A stretch of DNA of 64,000 bases from Eledone cirrhosa (Eukaryota), in assembly GCA_964016885.1 (NCBI GenBank), contig OZ024745.1, forward strand, positions 33,418,001 to 33,482,000. The letters are read 5' to 3'. The first letter of the stretch is position 1. Each line of letters opens with the position of its first letter. Below the pieces are notes generated by a model. The model saw nothing but the letters and a program-made list of their open reading frames with translations. It did not search any database and had not been told where the DNA came from. Shown piece by piece: positions 1-14,831 of this stretch. The position numbers were made by a program, and so were the translations under genes.

Positions 1-3000
1 TTAAAGACATAGGTAGTGTATTCCATTAGAAATATGGTAATGAAAGAGTTAAAGACATAGGTAGCGTATTCCATTAGAAATATGGTAATAAAAGAATTAA
101 AGACATAGGAAGCGTATTCCATTAGAAATATGGTAATGAAAGAGTTAAAGACATAGGTAGGGTATTCCATTAGAAATATGGTAATGAAAGAGTTAAAGAC
201 ATAGGTAGCGTATTCCATTAGAAATATGGTAATGAAAGAGTTAAAGACATAGGTAGCGTATTCCATTAGAAATATGGTAATGAAATGTGATGTTGTGCTA
301 ATGTATAAAGTTAGTCTAAACGAGGAAATCGTCAGAGACAAATTCTTAATTTACAAATCTGCAGACTCAATTTCCGAGCCCCCTTTAAAATATGTAGTGA
401 CCTATACCATTCACTTAAATCATACTAAATGAAAGAGTTAAAGACATAGGTAGCATATTCCATTAGAAATATGGTAATGAAAGAGTTAAAGACATAGGTA
501 GCGTATTCCATTAGAAATATGGTAATGAAAGAGTTAAAGACATAGGTAGCGTATTCCATTAGAAATATGGTAATGAAAGAGTTAAAGACATAGGTAGCGT
601 ATTCCATTAGAAATATGGTAATGAAAGAGTTAAAGACATAAGTAGCGTATTCCATTAGAAATATGGTAATGAAAGAGTTAAAGACATAGGTAGCGTATTC
701 CATTAGAAATATGGTAATGAAAGGGTTAAAGACATAGGAAGCGTATTCCATTAGAAATATGGTAATGAAAGAGTTAAAGACATAGGTAGCGTATTCCATT
801 AGAAATATGGTAATAAAAGAGTTAAAGACATAGGTAGCGTATTCCATTAGAAATATGGTAATGAAAGAGTTAAAGACATAGGTAGCGTATTCCATTAGAA
901 ATATGGTAATGAAAGAGTTAAAGACATAGGTAGCGTATTCCATTAGAAATATGGTAATGAAAGAGTTAAAGACATAGGTAGCGTATTCCATTAGAAATAT
1001 GGTAATGAAAGAGTTAAAGACATAGGTAGCGTATTCCATTAGAAATATGGTAATGAAAGAGTTAAAGACATAGATAGCGTATTCCATTAGAAATATGGTA
1101 ATGAAAGAGTTAAAGACATAGGTAGCGTATTCCATTAGAAATATGGTAATGAAAGAGTTAAAGACATAGGTAGCGTATTCCATTAGAAATATGGTAATGA
1201 AAGAGTTAAAGACATAGGTAGCGTATTCCATTAGAAATATAGTAGTGAAAGAGTTAAAGACATAGGTAGCGTATTCCATTAGAAATATGGTAATGAAAGG
1301 GTTGAAGACATAGGTAGCGTATTCCATTAGAAATATGGTAATGAAAGGGTTGAAGACATAGGTAGCGTATTCCATTAGAAATATGGTAAAGGGTTGAAGA
1401 CATAGGTAGCGTATTCCATTAGAAATATGGTAATGAAAGAGTTAAAGACATAGGTAGCGTATTCCATTAGAAATATGGTAATGAAAGAGTTAAAGACATA
1501 GGTAGCGTATTCCATTAGAAATATGGTAATGAAAGGGTTAAAGACATAGGTAGCGTATTCCATTAGAAATATGGTAATGAAAGAGTTAAAGACATAGGTA
1601 GCGTATTCCATTAGAAATATGGTAATGAAAGAGTTAAAGACATAGGTAGCGTATTCCATTAGAAATATGGTAATGAAAGGGTTAAAGACACAGGTAGCGT
1701 ATTCCATTAGAAATATGGTAATGAAAGGGTTGAAGACATAGGTAGCGTATTCCATTAGAAATATGGTAATGAAAGAGTTAAAGACATAGGTAGCGTATTC
1801 CATTAGAAATATGGTAATGAAATGTGATGTTGTGCTAATGTATAAAGTTAGTCTAAACGAGGAAATCGTCAGAGACAAATTCTTAATTTACAAATCTGCA
1901 GACTCAATTTCCGAGCCCCCTTTAAAATATGTAGTGACCTATACCATTCACTTAAATCATACTAAATGAAAGAGTTAAAGACATAGGTAGCATATTCCAT
2001 TAGAAATATGGTAATGAAAGAGTTAAAGACATAGGTAGCGTATTCCATTAGAAATATGGTAATGAAAGAGTTAAAGACATAGGTAGCGTATTCCATTAGA
2101 AATATGGTAATGAAAGAGTTAAAGACATAGGTAGCGTATTCCATTAGAAATATGGTAATGAAAGAGTTAAAGACATAAGTAGCGTATTCCATTAGAAATA
2201 TGGTAATGAAAGAGTTAAAGACATAGGTAGCGTATTCCATTAGAAATATGGTAATGAAAGGGTTAAAGACATAGGAAGCGTATTCCATTAGAAATATGGT
2301 AATGAAAGAGTTAAAGACATAGGTAGCGTATTCCATTAGAAATATGGTAATAAAAGAGTTAAAGACATAGGTAGCGTATTCCATTAGAAATATGGTAATG
2401 AAAGAGTTAAAGACATAGGTAGCGTATTCCATTAGAAATATGGTAATGAAAGAGTTAAAGACATAGGTAGCGTATTCCATTAGAAATATGGTAATGAAAG
2501 AGTTAAAGACATAGGTAGCGTATTCCATTAGAAATATGGTAATGAAAGAGTTAAAGACATAGGTAGCGTATTCCATTAGAAATATGGTAATGAAAGAGTT
2601 AAAGACATAGATAGCGTATTCCATTAGAAATATGGTAATGAAAGAGTTAAAGACATAGGTAGCGTATTCCATTAGAAATATGGTAATGAAAGAGTTAAAG
2701 ACATAGGTAGCGTATTCCATTAGAAATATGGTAATGAAAGAGTTAAAGACATAGGTAGCGTATTCCATTAGAAATATAGTAGTGAAAGAGTTAAAGACAT
2801 AGGTAGCGTATTCCATTAGAAATATGGTAATGAAAGGGTTGAAGACATAGGTAGCGTATTCCATTAGAAATATGGTAATGAAAGGGTTGAAGACATAGGT
2901 AGCGTATTCCATTAGAAATATGGTAAAGGGTTGAAGACATAGGTAGCGTATTCCATTAGAAATATGGTAATGAAAGAGTTAAAGACATAGGTAGCGTATT

Positions 3001-6000
3001 CCATTAGAAATATGGTAATGAAAGAGTTAAAGACATAGGTAGCGTATTCCATTAGAAATATGGTAATGAAAGGGTTAAAGACATAGGTAGCGTATTCCAT
3101 TAGAAATATGGTAATGAAAGAGTTAAAGACATAGGTAGCGTATTCCATTAGAAATATGGTAATGAAAGAGTTAAAGACATAGGTAGCGTATTCCATTAGA
3201 AATATGGTAATGAAAGGGTTAAAGACATAGGTAGCGTATTCCATTAGAAATATGGTAATGAAAGGGTTAAAGACATAGGTAGCGTATTCCATTAGAAATA
3301 TGGTAATGAAAGAGTTAAAGACATAGGTAGCGTATTCCATTAGAAATATGGTAATGAAAGGGTTAAAGACATAGGTAGCGTATTCCATTAGAAATATGGT
3401 AATGAAAGGGTTAAAGACATAGGTAGCATATTCCATTAGAAATATGGTAATGAAAGAGTTAAAGACATAGGAAGCGTATTCCATTAGAAATATGGTAATG
3501 AAAGAGTTAAAGACATAGGTAGCATATTCCATTAGAAATATGGTAATGAAAGAGTTAAAGACATAGAAAGCGTATTCCATTAGAAATATGGTAATGAAAG
3601 AGTTAAAGACATAGTAAGCGTATTCCATTAGAAGTATGGTAATGAAAGAGTTAAAGACATAGGTAGCGTATTCCATTAGAAATATGGTAATGAAAGAGTT
3701 AAAGACATAGGTAGCGTATTCCATTAGAAATATGGTAATGAAAGAGTTAAAGACATAGGTAGCATATTCCATTAGAAATATGGTAATGAAAGAGTTAAAG
3801 ACATAGAAAGCGTATTCCATTAGAAATATGGTAATGAAAGAGTTAAAGACATAGTAAGCGTATTCCATTAGAAATATGCTAATGAAAGAGTTAAAGACAT
3901 AGGTAGCGTATTCCATTAGAAATATGCTAATGAAAGAGTTAAAGACATAGGTAGCGTATTCCATTAGAAATATGGTAATGAAAGAGTTAAAGACATAGGT
4001 AGCGTATTCCATTAGAAATATGGTAATGAAAGAGTTAAAGACATAGGTAGCGTATTCCATTAGAAATATGGTAATGAAAGAGTTAAAGACATAGGTAGCG
4101 TATTCCATTAGAAATATGGTAATGAAAGAGTTAAAGACATAGGTAGCGTATTCCATTAGAAATATGGTCATGAAAGAGTTAAAGACATAGGTAGCGTATT
4201 CCATTAGAAATATGGTAATGAAAGAGTTAAAGACATAGGAAGCGTGTTCCATTAGAAATATGGTAATGAAAGAGTTAAAGACATAGCTAGGGTATTCGAT
4301 TAGAAATATGGTAATGAAAGAGTTAAAGACATAGGAAGCGTATTCCATTAGAAATATGGTACTGAAAGGGTTGAAGACATAGGAGCGTATTCCATTAGAA
4401 ATATGGTTATGAAAGAGTTAAAGACATAGGTAGTGTATTCCATTAGAAATATGGTAATGAAAGGGTTAAAGACATAGGTAGCGTATTCCATTAGAAATAT
4501 GGTAATGAAAGAGTTAAAGACATAGGTAGCGTATTCCATTAGAAATATGGTAATGAAAGGGTCAAAGACATAGGTAGCGTATTCCATTAGAAATATGGTA
4601 ATGAAAGGGTTAAAGACATAGGTAGCGTATTCCATTAGAAATATGGTAATGAAAGGGTTAAAGACATAGGTAGCGTATTCCATTAGAAATATGGTAATGA
4701 AAGAGTTAAAGACATAGGTAGCGTATTCCATTAGAAATATGGTAATGAAAGAGTTAAAGACATAGGAAGCGTATTCCATTAGAAATATGGTACTGAAAGG
4801 GTTGAAGACAGGAGCGTATTCCATTAGAAATATGGTTATGAAAGAGTTAAAGACATAGGTAGTGTATTCCATTAGAAATATGGTAATGAAAGAGTTAAAG
4901 ACATAGGTAGCGTATTCCATTAGAAATATGGTAATAAAAGAATTAAAGACATAGGAAGCGTATTCCATTAGAAATATGGTAATGAAAGAGTTAAAGACAT
5001 AGGTAGGGTATTCCATTAGAAATATGGTAATGAAAGAGTTAAAGACATAGGTAGCGTATTCCATTAGAAATATGGTAATGAAAGAGTTAAAGACATAGGT
5101 AGCGTATTCCATTAGAAATATGGTAATGAAATGTGATGTTGTGCTAATGTATAAAGTTAGTCTAAACGAGGAAATCGTCAGAGACAAATTCTTAATTTAC
5201 AAATCTGCAGACTCAATTTCCGAGCCCCCTTTAAAATATGTAGTGACCTATACCATTCACTTAAATCATACTAAATGAAAGAGTTAAAGACATAGGTAGC
5301 ATATTCCATTAGAAATATGGTAATGAAAGAGTTAAAGACATAGGTAGCGTATTCCATTAGAAATATGGTAATGAAAGAGTTAAAGACATAGGTAGCGTAT
5401 TCCATTAGAAATATGGTAATGAAAGAGTTAAAGACATAGGTAGCGTATTCCATTAGAAATATGGTAATGAAAGAGTTAAAGACATAAGTAGCGTATTCCA
5501 TTAGAAATATGGTAATGAAAGAGTTAAAGACATAGGTAGCGTATTCCATTAGAAATATGGTAATGAAAGGGTTAAAGACATAGGAAGCGTATTCCATTAG
5601 AAATATGGTAATGAAAGAGTTAAAGACATAGGTAGCGTATTCCATTAGAAATATGGTAATAAAAGAGTTAAAGACATAGGTAGCGTATTCCATTAGAAAT
5701 ATGGTAATGAAAGAGTTAAAGACATAGGTAGCGTATTCCATTAGAAATATGGTAATGAAAGAGTTAAAGACATAGGTAGCGTATTCCATTAGAAATATGG
5801 TAATGAAAGAGTTAAAGACATAGGTAGCGTATTCCATTAGAAATATGGTAATGAAAGAGTTAAAGACATAGGTAGCGTATTCCATTAGAAATATGGTAAT
5901 GAAAGAGTTAAAGACATAGATAGCGTATTCCATTAGAAATATGGTAATGAAAGAGTTAAAGACATAGGTAGCGTATTCCATTAGAAATATGGTAATGAAA

Positions 6001-9000
6001 GAGTTAAAGACATAGGTAGCGTATTCCATTAGAAATATGGTAATGAAAGAGTTAAAGACATAGGTAGCGTATTCCATTAGAAATATAGTAGTGAAAGAGT
6101 TAAAGACATAGGTAGCGTATTCCATTAGAAATATGGTAATGAAAGGGTTGAAGACATAGGTAGCGTATTCCATTAGAAATATGGTAATGAAAGGGTTGAA
6201 GACATAGGTAGCGTATTCCATTAGAAATATGGTAAAGGGTTGAAGACATAGGTAGCGTATTCCATTAGAAATATGGTAATGAAAGAGTTAAAGACATAGG
6301 TAGCGTATTCCATTAGAAATATGGTAATGAAAGAGTTAAAGACATAGGTAGCGTATTCCATTAGAAATATGGTAATGAAAGGGTTAAAGACATAGGTAGC
6401 GTATTCCATTAGAAATATGGTAATGAAAGAGTTAAAGACATAGGTAGCGTATTCCATTAGAAATATGGTAATGAAAGAGTTAAAGACATAGGTAGCGTAT
6501 TCCATTAGAAATATGGTAATGAAAGGGTTAAAGACACAGGTAGCGTATTCCATTAGAAATATGGTAATGAAAGGGTTGAACACATAGGTAGCGTATTCCA
6601 TTAGAAATATGGTAATGAAAGAGTTAAAGACATAGGTAGCGTATTCCATTAGAAATATGGTAATGAAATGTGATGTTGTGCTAATGTATAAAGTTAGTCT
6701 AAACGAGGAAATCGTCAGAGACAAATTCTTAATTTACAAATCTGCAGACTCAATTTCCGAGCCCCCTTTAAAATATGTAGTGACCTATACCATTCACTTA
6801 AATCATACTAAATGAAAGAGTTAAAGACATAGGTAGCATATTCCATTAGAAATATGGTAATGAAAGAGTTAAAGACATAGGTAGCGTATTCCATTAGAAA
6901 TATGGTAATGAAAGAGTTAAAGACATAGGTAGCGTATTCCATTAGAAATATGGTAATGAAAGAGTTAAAGACATAGGTAGCGTATTCCAGTAGAAATATG
7001 GTAATGAAAGAGTTAAAGACATAAGTAGCGTATTCCATTAGAAATATGGTAATGAAAGAGTTAAAGACATAGGTAGCGTATTCCATTAGAAATATGGTAA
7101 TGAAAGGGTTAAAGACATAGGAAGCGTATTCCATTAGAAATATGGTAATGAAAGAGTTAAAGACATAGGTAGCGTATTCCATTAGAAATATGGTAATAAA
7201 AGAGTTAAAGACATAGGTAGCGTATTCCATTAGAAATATGGTAATGAAAGAGTTAAAGACATAGGTAGCGTATTCCATTAGAAATATGGTAATGAAAGAG
7301 TTAAAGACATAGGTAGCGTATTCCATTAGAAATATGGTAATGAAAGAGTTAAAGACATAGGTAGCGTATTCCATTAGAAATATGGTAATGAAAGAGTTAA
7401 AGACATAGGTAGCGTATTCCATTAGAAATATGGTAATGAAAGAGTTAAAGACATAGATAGCGTATTCCATTAGAAATATGGTAATGAAAGAGTTAAAGAC
7501 ATAGGTAGCGTATTCCATTAGAAATATGGTAATGAAAGAGTTAAAGACATAGGTAGCGTATTCCATTAGAAATATGGTAATGAAAGAGTTAAAGACATAG
7601 GTAGCGTATTCCATTAGAAATATAGTAGTGAAAGAGTTAAAGACATAGGTAGCGTATTCCATTAGAAATATGGTAATGAAAGGGTTGAAGACATAGGTAG
7701 CGTATTCCATTAGAAATATGGTAATGAAAGGGTTGAAGACATAGGTAGCGTATTCCATTAGAAATATGGTAAAGGGTTGAAGACATAGGTAGCGTATTCC
7801 ATTAGAAATATGGTAATGAAAGAGTTAAAGACATAGGTAGCGTATTCCATTAGAAATATGGTAATGAAAGAGTTAAAGACATAGGTAGCGTATTCCATTA
7901 GAAATATGGTAATGAAAGGGTTAAAGACATAGGTAGCGTATTCCATTAGAAATATGGTAATGAAAGAGTTAAAGACATAGGTAGCGTATTCCATTAGAAA
8001 TATGGTAATGAAAGAGTTAAAGACATAGGTAGCGTATTCCATTAGAAATATGGTAATGAAAGGGTTAAAGACACAGGTAGCGTATTCCATTAGAAATATG
8101 GTAATGAAAGGGTTGAAGACATAGGTAGCGTATTCCATTAGAAATATGGTAATGAAAGAGTTAAAGACATAGGTAGCGTATTCCATTAGAAATATGGTAA
8201 TGAAAGAGTTAAAGACATAGGTAGCGTATTCCATTAGAAATATGGTAATGAAAGGGTTAAAGACATAGGTAGCGTATTCCATTAGAAATATGGTAATGAA
8301 AGAGTTAAAGACATAGGTAGCGTATTCCATTAGAAATATGGTAATGAAAGAGTTAAAGACATAGGTAGCGTATTCCATTAGAAATATGGTAATGAAAGGG
8401 TTAAAGACATAGGTAGCGTATTCCATTAGAAATATGGTAATGAAAGAGTTAAAGACATAGGTAGCGTATTCCATTAGAAATATGGTAATGAAAGGGTTAA
8501 AGACATAGGTAGCGTATTCCATTAGAAATATGGTAATGAAAGGGTTAAAGACATAGGTAGCGTATTCCATTAGAAATATGGTAATGAAAGAGTTAAAGAC
8601 ATAGGAAGCGTATTCCATTAGAAATATGGTAATGAAAGAGTTAAAGACATAGGTAGCGTATTCCATTAGAAATATGGTAATGAAAGAGTTAAAGACATAG
8701 AAAGCGTATTCCATTAGAAATATGGTAATGAAAGAGTTAAAGACATAGTAAGCGTATTCCATTAGAAATATGGTAATGAAAGAGTTAAAGACATAGGTAG
8801 CGTATTCCATTAGAAATATGCTAATGAAAGAGTTAAAGACATAGGTAGCGTATTCCATTAGAAATATGGTAATGAAAGAGTTAAAGACATAGGTAGCGTA
8901 TTCCATTAGAAATATGGTAATGAAAGAGTTAAAGACATAGGTAGCATATTCCATTAGAAATATGGTAGTGAAAGAGTTAAAGACATAGGTAGCGTATTCC

Positions 9001-12000
9001 ATTAGAAATATGGTAATGAAAGAGTTAAAGACATAGGTAGCGTATTCCATTAGAAATATGGTAATGAAAGGGTTAAAGACATAGGAAGCGTATTCCATTA
9101 GAAATATGGTAATGAAAGAGTTAAAGACATAGGTAGCGTATTCCATTAGAAATATGGTAATAAAAGAGTTAAAGACATAGGTAGCGTATTCCATTAGAAA
9201 TATGGTAATGAAAGAGTTAAAGACATAGGTAGCGTATTCCATTAGAAATATGGTAATGAAAGAGTTAAAGACATAGGTAGCGTATTCCATTAGAAATATG
9301 GTAATGAAAGAGTTAAAGACATAGGTAGCGTATTCCATTAGAAATATGGTAATGAAAGAGTTAAAGACATAGGTAGCGTATTCCATTAGAAATATGGTAA
9401 TGAAAGAGTTAAAGACATAGATAGCGTATTCCATTAGAAATATGGTAATGAAAGAGTTAAAGACATAGGTAGCGTATTCCATTAGAAATATAGTAGTGAA
9501 AGAGTTAAAGACATAGGTAGCGTATTCCATTAGAAATATGGTAATGAAAGGGTTGAAGACATAGGTAGCGTATTCCATTAGAAATATGGTAATGAAAGGG
9601 TTGAAGACATAGGTAGCGTATTCCATTAGAAATATGGTAAAGGGTTGAAGACATAGGTAGCGTATTCCATTAGAAATATGGTAATGAAGAGTTAAAGACA
9701 TAGGTAGCGTATTCCATTAGAAATATGGTAATGAAAGAGTTAAAGACATAGGTAGCGTATTCCATTAGAAATATGGTAATGAAAGGGTTAAAGACATAGG
9801 TAGCGTATTCCATTAGAAATATGGTAATGAAAGAGTTAAAGACATAGGTAGCGTATTCCATTAGAAATATGGTAATGAAAGAGTTAAAGACATAGGTAGC
9901 GTATTCCATTAGAAATATGGTAATGAAAGGGTTAAAGACACAGGTAGCGTATTCCATTAGAAATATGGTAATGAAAGGGTTGAAGACATAGGTAGCGTAT
10001 TCCATTAGAAATATGGTAATGAAAGAGTTAAAGACATAGGTAGCGTATTCCATTAGAAATACGGTAATGAAAGAGTTAAAGACATAGGTAGCGTATTCCA
10101 TTAGAAATATGGTAATGAAAGGGTTAAAGACATAGGTAGCGTATTCCATTAGAAATATGGTAATGAAAGAGTTAAAGACATAGGTAGCGTATTCCATTAG
10201 AAATATGCTAATGAAAGAGTTAAAGACATAGGTAGCATATTCCATTAGAAATATGGTAATGAAAGGGTTAAAGACATAGGTAGCGTATTCCATTAGAAAT
10301 ATGGTAATGAAAGAGTTAAAGACATAGGTAGCGTATTCCATTAGAAATATGGTAATGAAAGGGTTAAAGACATAGGTAGTGTATTCCATTAGAAATATGG
10401 TAATGAAAGGGTTAAAGACATAGGTAGCGTATTCCATTAGAAATATGGTAATGAAAGAGTTAAAGACATAGGAAGCGTATTCCATTAGAAATATGGTAAT
10501 GAAAGAGTTGAAGACATAGGTAGCGTATTCCATTAGAAATATGGTAATGAAAGAGTTAAAGACATAGAAAGCGTATTCCATTAGAAATATGGTAATGAAA
10601 GAGTTAAAGACATAGTAAGCGTATTCCATTAGAAATATGGTAATGAAAGAGTTAAAGACATAGGTAGCGTATTCCATTAGAAATATGCTAATGAAAGAGT
10701 TAAAGACATAGGTAGCGTATTCCATTAGAAATATGGTAATGAAAGAGTTAAAGACATAGGTAGCGTATTCCATTAGAAATATGGTAATGAAAGAGTTAAA
10801 GACATAGGTAGCATATTCCATTAGAAATATGGTAATGAAAGAGTTAAAGACATAGAAAGCGTATTCCATTAGAAATATGGTAATGAAAGAGTTAAAGACA
10901 TAGTAAGCGTATTCCATTAGAAATATGCTAATGAAAGAGTTAAAGACATAGGTAGCGTATTCCATTAGAAATATGCTAATGAAAGAGTTAAAGACATAGG
11001 TAGCGTATTCCATTAGAAATATGGTAATGAAAGAGTTAAAGACATAGGTAGCGTATTCCATTAGAAATATGGTAATGAAAGAGTTAAAGACATAGGTAGC
11101 ATATTCCATTAGAAATATGGTAGTGAAAGAGTTAAAGACATAGGTAGCGTATTCCATTAGAAATATGGTAATGAAAGAGTTAAAGACATAGGTAGCGTAT
11201 TCCATTAGAAATATGGTAATGAAAGAGTTAAAGACATAGGTAGCGTATTCCATTAGAAATATGGTCATGAAAGAGTTAAAGACATAGGTAGCGTATTCCA
11301 TTAGAAATATGGTAATGAAAGAGTTAAAGACATAGGAAGCGTGTTCCATTAGAAATATGGTAATGAAAGAGTTAAAGACATAGCTAGGGTATTCGATTAG
11401 AAATATGGTAATGAAAGAGTTAAAGACATAGGTAGCGTATTCCATTAGAAATATGGTAATGAAAGAGTTAAAGACATAGGTAGCGTATTCCATTAGAAAT
11501 ATGGTAATGAAAGAGTTAAAGACATAGGTAGCGTATTCCATTAGAAATATGGTAATGAAAGAGTTAAAGACATAGGAAGCGTATTCCATTAGAAATATGG
11601 TACTGAAAGGGTTGAAGACATAGGAGCGTATTCCATTAGAAATATGGTTATGAAAGAGTTAAAGACATAGGTAGTGTATTCCATTAGAAATATGGTAATG
11701 AAAGGGTTAAAGACATAGGTAGCGTATTCCATTAGAAATATGGTAATGAAAGAGTTAAAGACATAGGTAGCGTATTCCATTAGAAATATGGTAATGAAAG
11801 GGTCAAAGACATAGGTAGCGTATTCCATTAGAAATATGGTAATGAAAGGGTTAAAGACATAGGTAGCGTATTCCATTAGAAATATGGTAATGAAAGGGTT
11901 AAAGACATAGGTAGCGTATTCCATTAGAAATATGGTAATGAAAGAGTTAAAGACATAGGTAGCGTATTCCATTAGAAATATGGTAATGAAAGGGTTAAAG

Positions 12001-13654
12001 ACATAGGTAGCGTATTCCATTAGAAATATGGTAATGAAAGGGTTAAAGACATAGGTAGCGTATTCCATTAGAAATATGGTAATAAATGGTTAAAGACATA
12101 GGTAGCGTATTCCATTAGAAATATGGTAATGAAAGAATTAAAGACATAGGTAGCGTATTCCATTAGAAATATGGTAATGAAAGAGTTAAAGACATAGGTA
12201 GCGTATTCCATTAGAAATATGGTAATGAAAGAGTTAAAGACATAAGTAGCGTATTCCATTAGAAATATGGTAATGAAAGAGTTAAAGACATAGGTAGCGT
12301 ATTCCATTAGAAATATGGTAATGAAAGAGTTAAAGACATAGGTAGCGTATTCCATTAGAAATATGGTAATGAAAGAGTTAAAGACATAGGTAGCGTATTC
12401 CATTAGAAATATGGTAATGAAAGAGTTAAAGACATAGGAAGCGTATTCCATTAGAAATATGGTAATGAAAGAGTTAAAGACATAGGTAGCGTATTCCATT
12501 AGAAATATGCTAATGAAAGAGTTAAAGACATAAGTAGCGTATTCCATTAGAAATATGGTAATGAAAGAGTTAAAGACATAGGAAGCGTATTCCATTAGAA
12601 ATATGGTAATGAAAGAGTTAAAGACATAGGTAGCGTATTCCATTAGAAATATGGTAATGAAAGGGTTAAAGACATAGGTAGCGTATTCCATTAGAAATAT
12701 GGTAATGAAAGGGTTAAAGACATAGGTAGCGTATTCCATTAGAAATATGGTCATGAAAGAGTTAAAGACATAGGTAGCGTATTCCATTAGAAATATGGTA
12801 ATGAAAGAGTTAAAGACATAAGTAGCGTATTCCATTAGAAATATGGTAATGAAAGAGTTAAAGACATAGGTAGCATATTCCATTAGAAATATGGTAATGA
12901 AAGAGTTAAAGACATAGGTAGCGTATTCCATTAGAAATATAGTAGTGAAAGAGTTAAAGACATAGGTAGCGTATTCCATTAGAAATATGGTAATGAAAGG
13001 GTTGAAGACATAGGTAGCGTATTCCATTAGAAATATGGTAATGAAAGGGTTGAAGACATAGGTAGCGTATTCCATTAGAAATATGGTAAAGGGTTGAAGA
13101 CATAGGTAGCGTATTCCATTAGAAATATGGTAATGAAAGGGTTAAAGACATAGGTAGCGTATTCCATTAGAAATATGGTAATGAAAGGGTTAAAGACATA
13201 GGTAGCGTATTCCATTAGAAATATGGTAATGAAAGTGTTAAAGACATAGGAAGCGTATTCCATTAGAAATATGGTAATGAAAGAGTTAAAGACATAGGTA
13301 GCGTATTCCATTAGAAATATGGTAATGAAAGAGTTAAAGACATAGGTAGCGTATTCCATTAGAAATATGGTAATGAAATGGTTAAAGACATAGGTAGCGT
13401 ATTCCATTAGAAATATGGTAATGAAAGAGTTAAAGACATAGGAAGCGTATTCCATTAGAAATATGGTAATGAAAGAGTTAAAGATATAGGTAGCGTATTC
13501 CATTAGAAATATGGTAATGAAAGAGTTAAAGACATAGGTAGCGTATTCCATTAGAAATATGGTAATGAAAGGGTTGAAGACATAGGAGCGTATTCCATTA
13601 GAAATATGGTAATGAAAGAGTTAAAGACATAGGTAGCGTATTCCATTAGAAATA
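1..13654. repeat. 48-bp satellite array, roughly 270 monomers, runs off the left edge
   Basis: Tandem monomer TTAAAGACATAGGTAGCGTATTCCATTAGAAATATGGTAATGAAAGAG with point variants (GAAAGGG, GTTGAAG, GGAAGCG) and occasional short deletions; ends abruptly at ...TTAGAAATA|CTCTC. Confidence 0.98.
286..427. repeat. 142-bp non-satellite spacer inside the array; copies at 286-427, 1823-1964, 5132-5273, 6669-6810
   Basis: Same block TGTGATGTTGTGCTAATG...CTTAAATCATACTA each time, flanked on both sides by AATGAAA; offsets 1537 and 4846 bp. Confidence 0.95.
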
Positions 13655-13759
13655 CTCTCAGAAAAAACGCCTTTCGGGCGGTTTTCTGCTAGCATATGTA
13701 GTGTGCATATTAGTATTATATGCAAATATATATGCATATAGTTATATTTAAATTGACAA

Positions 13760-14240
13760 TATCTTCTTCACCCACTTATTTCTGAGAGGGTCGTGGGGGG
13801 GCAGAGTCCTTCTCAAACACTCCTTCCAGCAAGTCTGTCAGTAACAAACATCTCTAAGTAATCCAGCTGGATTCCAAAGCGTGACCAGCTGAGCTCATTG
13901 ATGTTATCCAACTATCTTGCTCAGGGTCTCTTCCCGGTTGGTTTTGCCTGTAAAATGTGTCCAGCGATTCTTTACTGAGACATTCTAACCACATATTCAT
14001 AATATTGGAGTTGTGATCTCTCAATTCGGAGACGTAGTGGCTCTACCAGGAGTGACTCTCTGGTCTGAGCTATGCACTTTATCGAATAACGTTACTCCAA
14101 AGACCCTTCGGAGGAATCCCATTTCTGCCGCTTTTATTTGTAATTGTATTCTTTTGGTCATTACTCAAGATTCATGATCCTTGGTAAGAGTTGGCAGGAA
14201 TACCAGGAAGACAGCGAGTTTGGCTTTTACACCTACTGTG
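13760..14240 (-). mobile_element. Old degenerate RTE-like LINE 3' fragment
   Basis: Minus strand reads RIERSQLQYYEYVVRM...ILQAKPTGKRP, resembling the RTE C-terminal '[11 protein letters not shown]...GKRPxGRP' region, with stops. Its 3' end GGAGTGTTTGAGAAGGACTCTGC...GACCC recurs at about 20797-20850. Confidence 0.55.
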
Positions 14241-14831
14241 TTCTGTTAGCTAACTACATTATCCAGCCTATGTGGTCTTAGATGTGTGTATTTCGTACTT
14301 GTGTATTTTTTTCTCTTTCTTTTTTCCTTTCCCTTTCCTTTGTATATATTATATTTGTTAGGGTTTTCGTTCTGTAACCATTAATTTAATGAGTTAAAAA
14401 ATAAAAAGAGTTAATAAATAAATAAATAAAGAGTTATAGTTGTTTTACCCTCCCATTTCCAATTCACTGAACGCTGCTATCTTGACTGTATGACAATATG
14501 TGTGTGTTTGTGTAAATGTATATGTGTGAATGTGTGTGTGTGAAAGTATGTGTATGTGTGAATGTATGTCCGTGAGCATGTATTTTTATAAGTTTGTGTT
14601 TGCGCGATTATAGTTATATACTCATACATACAGATAGATACACGTCAGCGTGTATAAAATCATAATCACTCTATCTGTATCTCTCTCAGCACACACTCTC
14701 TCTTTCTATATATATATATATGGTAGTTGAAGTGGTGTTGGTGGCAGTGATATACCAGAAGTGTAGAAATTTGAAACTTTCAAAAGAAGTCAATTTTAAA
14801 TAAGCAATAACATTATTTATATAAATATAAG

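Noticed and set aside
1-6810. CRISPR array (repeats plus spacer)
   Set aside because: Repeats are directly tandem, the only spacer is identical in four copies, there are no cas genes and the context is eukaryotic.
425-13551. MEYATYVFNSFITIFL repeat ORFs as protein genes
   Set aside because: Translation of the 48-bp satellite; repeatedly broken by frameshifting deletions and lacking any unique domain.
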